A stretch of DNA of 64,000 bases from a candidate division Kazan bacterium GW2011_GWA1_50_15 (GTDB taxonomy: Bacteria > Patescibacteriota > Kazan-3B-28), in NCBI GenBank assembly GCA_001029795.1, contig CP011216.1, positions 70,903 through 134,902 on the forward strand, in the 5' to 3' direction. The notes under the pieces are model-generated. The model made no database searches. It saw nothing but the letters and a program-made list of their open reading frames with translations, and had not been told where the DNA came from. The position numbers were made by a program, and so were the translations under genes. Position 1 is the stretch's first letter. Each line of letters starts with the position of its first letter. This document shows, in pieces, positions 62,326 to 64,000 of the stretch.

Positions 62326-63430
62326 ATGGCAGAGACTCACAAAGAACGATATGAAGCTATTCGCCTGCAGTTTTCTAAACTGCAGGACTATCTTTGACCC
62401 GGATAAAGTTCAACGGCGAGCCGATGAATTAACGGCGGAAATGTCTGCGCCGGATTTTTGGCAGCAAGACCACCAGGCGGCGGCTAAAAAGGCGACCAAA
62501 CTGGATTTGCAGAATAAGATCATTGGGGCCGAGCGGGAAGCGGAGGACGCTCTGGCTCGGGTGGGGACCAAGTTGGGCGAGGGTGGCTATAGTCCCACCG
62601 ACAAGGAGATGGAGGCGGACCTGACGGCCGCGGCCGAGAAGATAAGTTGGCTAGAGTCCCAGACCTTGTTTAGCGGGCCGTACGACGACAAAGACGCTTA
62701 CCTCTTTTTTCATGTGGGGGCCGGCGGGGTGGACGCGGCTGACTGGAACGAAATGCTCTTAAATATGTATCTGGCCTATGCCAAGCGCAAGGGTTGGCAG
62801 GCGGAAATACTGCATCGGACTGAAGGAGACGAAGCAGGGGTGAAAAATGCCACAGTCAAGATTAGCGGGACCAGGGTCTACGGCTATCTTAAGGCCGAGG
62901 CCGGGGTGCATCGCTTGGTGCGGCTAAGCCCATTTAACGCTCAGAATCTAAGGCAGACATCGTTCGCGCTGGTTGAGGTGCTGCCGGATATGGGCGATAC
63001 CGATATTACCATTGATGACAAGGACCTCAAGATCGATACCTTTAAATCGTCCGGTCACGGTGGTCAGAGTGTTAACACGACCGATTCGGCGGTGCGGATA
63101 ACGCACATCCCGACTGGTCTAACTGCAGGATGCCAGACTGAGCGGTCGCAGACCCAGAATCGGGCTATCGCCATGCAGATATTAAAGAATAAACTTTATG
63201 TTCAGCAGCAAGCTGAGCGCGATAGCCGGGAGCGCCAACTAAAAGCGGCCACAGCTTCGGGCGATTTTGGACATCAGATCCGCAGTTACGTTATTCATCC
63301 GTACAACCAAGTCAAAGACCATCGCAGTGACTTTACTGAGCCACGCACGGATAAGATCCTGAAGGAAGGTGACTTAGATGAATTAATTTTAAGTGTTTTG
63401 GTGCATTTGCGGGATAATAGTGGGGCATGA
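62326..63430 (+). CDS. prfB: Peptide chain release factor 2 with programmed +1 frameshift (join 62326..62394, 62396..63430)
   Basis: Frame-0 ORF MAETHKERYEAIRLQFSKLQDYL ends at CTT TGA C (62392-62398). Downstream +1 frame has SPF and GGQ motifs. The ORF-track N-terminal extension from 62306 is an artefact. Confidence 0.85.
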
Positions 63431-64000
63431 TAGTTTTCGATAAAGTTACCAAGCACTACGGTTCGCACAAGGCGCTCGACGACGTCTCGTTTAGCATCAG
63501 ACCGAGGGAGTTTGTGATATTGGTTGGGCCGTCCGGAGCGGGGAAAACTACTCTGATCAAACTTCTGTTATGCGAGGAGAAGCCGACGTTTGGGCGGATT
63601 ACTATCGACGACAAAGACATCCACCTATTGAAGGACAGATATATTCCCTACTATCGGCGGCAGATCGGGGTGGTCTTCCAGGACTTTAAACTATTGCCTA
63701 ATCAGACCGTGGCGGAGAATGTGGCTTTCGCTATGGAGGTGTCGGGCAAACCAGATAACGAGATCACTAAAGAGGTGATGAAGATCCTTGAGCTGGTAGG
63801 GCTAAAGGATAAGGCAAGTAATTTTCCTAGAGAACTGTCGGGGGGTGAGATTCAGCGGGTGGCTATCGCCAGGGCGTTAGTGTTTCAGCCCAAGTTTTTG
63901 ATCGCAGACGAACCGACCGGCAACCTGGACCCAGTCACGGCTTGGGATATCACTAAACTGCTGCTCAAGATCAATTCTTTAGGGACAACGGTTCTATTGG
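63427..64000 (+). CDS. ftsE: Cell division ATP-binding protein FtsE (3' partial, runs off window)
   Basis: Walker A GPSGAGKTT, ABC signature LSGGEIQRV, Walker B LIADEPTGNLD. ATG overlaps the prfB stop (ATGA). Confidence 0.8.
   Translation, partial: MIVFDKVTKHYGSHKALDDVSFSIRPREFVILVGPSGAGKTTLIKLLLCEEKPTFGRITIDDKDIHLLKDRYIPYYRRQIGVVFQDFKLLPNQTVAENVAFAMEVSGKPDNEITKEVMKILELVGLKDKASNFPRELSGGEIQRVAIARALVFQPKFLIADEPTGNLDPVTAWDITKLLLKINSLGTTVLL

Noticed and set aside
62306-62394. ORF-track start at 62306 giving RF2 an N-terminal extension MFVIITSWQRLTKNDMKLFACSFLNCRTIFDP
   Set aside because: This is the +1 frame read upstream of the programmed frameshift site. The real N-terminus is the frame-0 ORF from ATG 62326 ending at CTT TGA

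Overview
A bacterial core-genome window with a Patescibacteria/CPR-like gene complement, though no source organism is asserted; GC is roughly 50%. Almost every gene is on the + strand and most belong to translation, secretion and cell division: tig, clpP, holB, a Thr-Tyr-Thr tRNA cluster followed by rplK-rplA and rplJ-rplL, tgt, manC-like, secDF, hisS, rpsU, ybeY, ftsA-ftsZ, nrdR-nrdJ (class II RNR), ileS, rplU, lepB, rpsB-tsf-frr-uppS-rseP-folD, greA, lysS, serS, secA, and prfB-ftsE. A dut-tmk-thyX thymidylate module is also present. No rRNA, CRISPR array or recognisable transposase/integrase was seen.

The items that deserve a second look:
1. An oriented, roughly 170-nt structured repeat family found five times immediately 3' of + strand stop codons (rplA, rplL, secF, a DUF167 gene, greA). 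Its helices are preserved by compensatory base changes between copies. Two smaller intergenic hairpin-repeat families were also found.
2. A tRNA-Val(CAC)-like gene whose anticodon loop is split, at the canonical 37/38 position, by a 111-nt insert that itself contains a complete second tRNA-Val(CAC) with encoded CCA.
3. A GIY-YIG small ORF inside the tRNA cluster, running into the 5' end of the second tRNA-Thr.
4. A 1521-aa protein with two tandem class-III cyclase-homology domains (the second degenerate), a STAND/AAA_16 NTPase and TPR repeats. It follows three small membrane-anchored hypothetical proteins.
5. A minus-strand paralog pair (73 aa and 430 aa, the long one carrying a Big_2 domain) with conserved N- and C-termini.
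6. An orphan PD-(D/E)XK (Cas4-like) nuclease on the minus strand.
7. Two tandem tiny hydrophobic-peptide ORFs with their own SD sequences and terminator.
8. prfB with the classical CTT TGA C +1 programmed frameshift site.
9. Extended -10 boxes directly abutting start codons (prfB, hisS, serS, dut), suggesting leaderless or very short-leader mRNAs.
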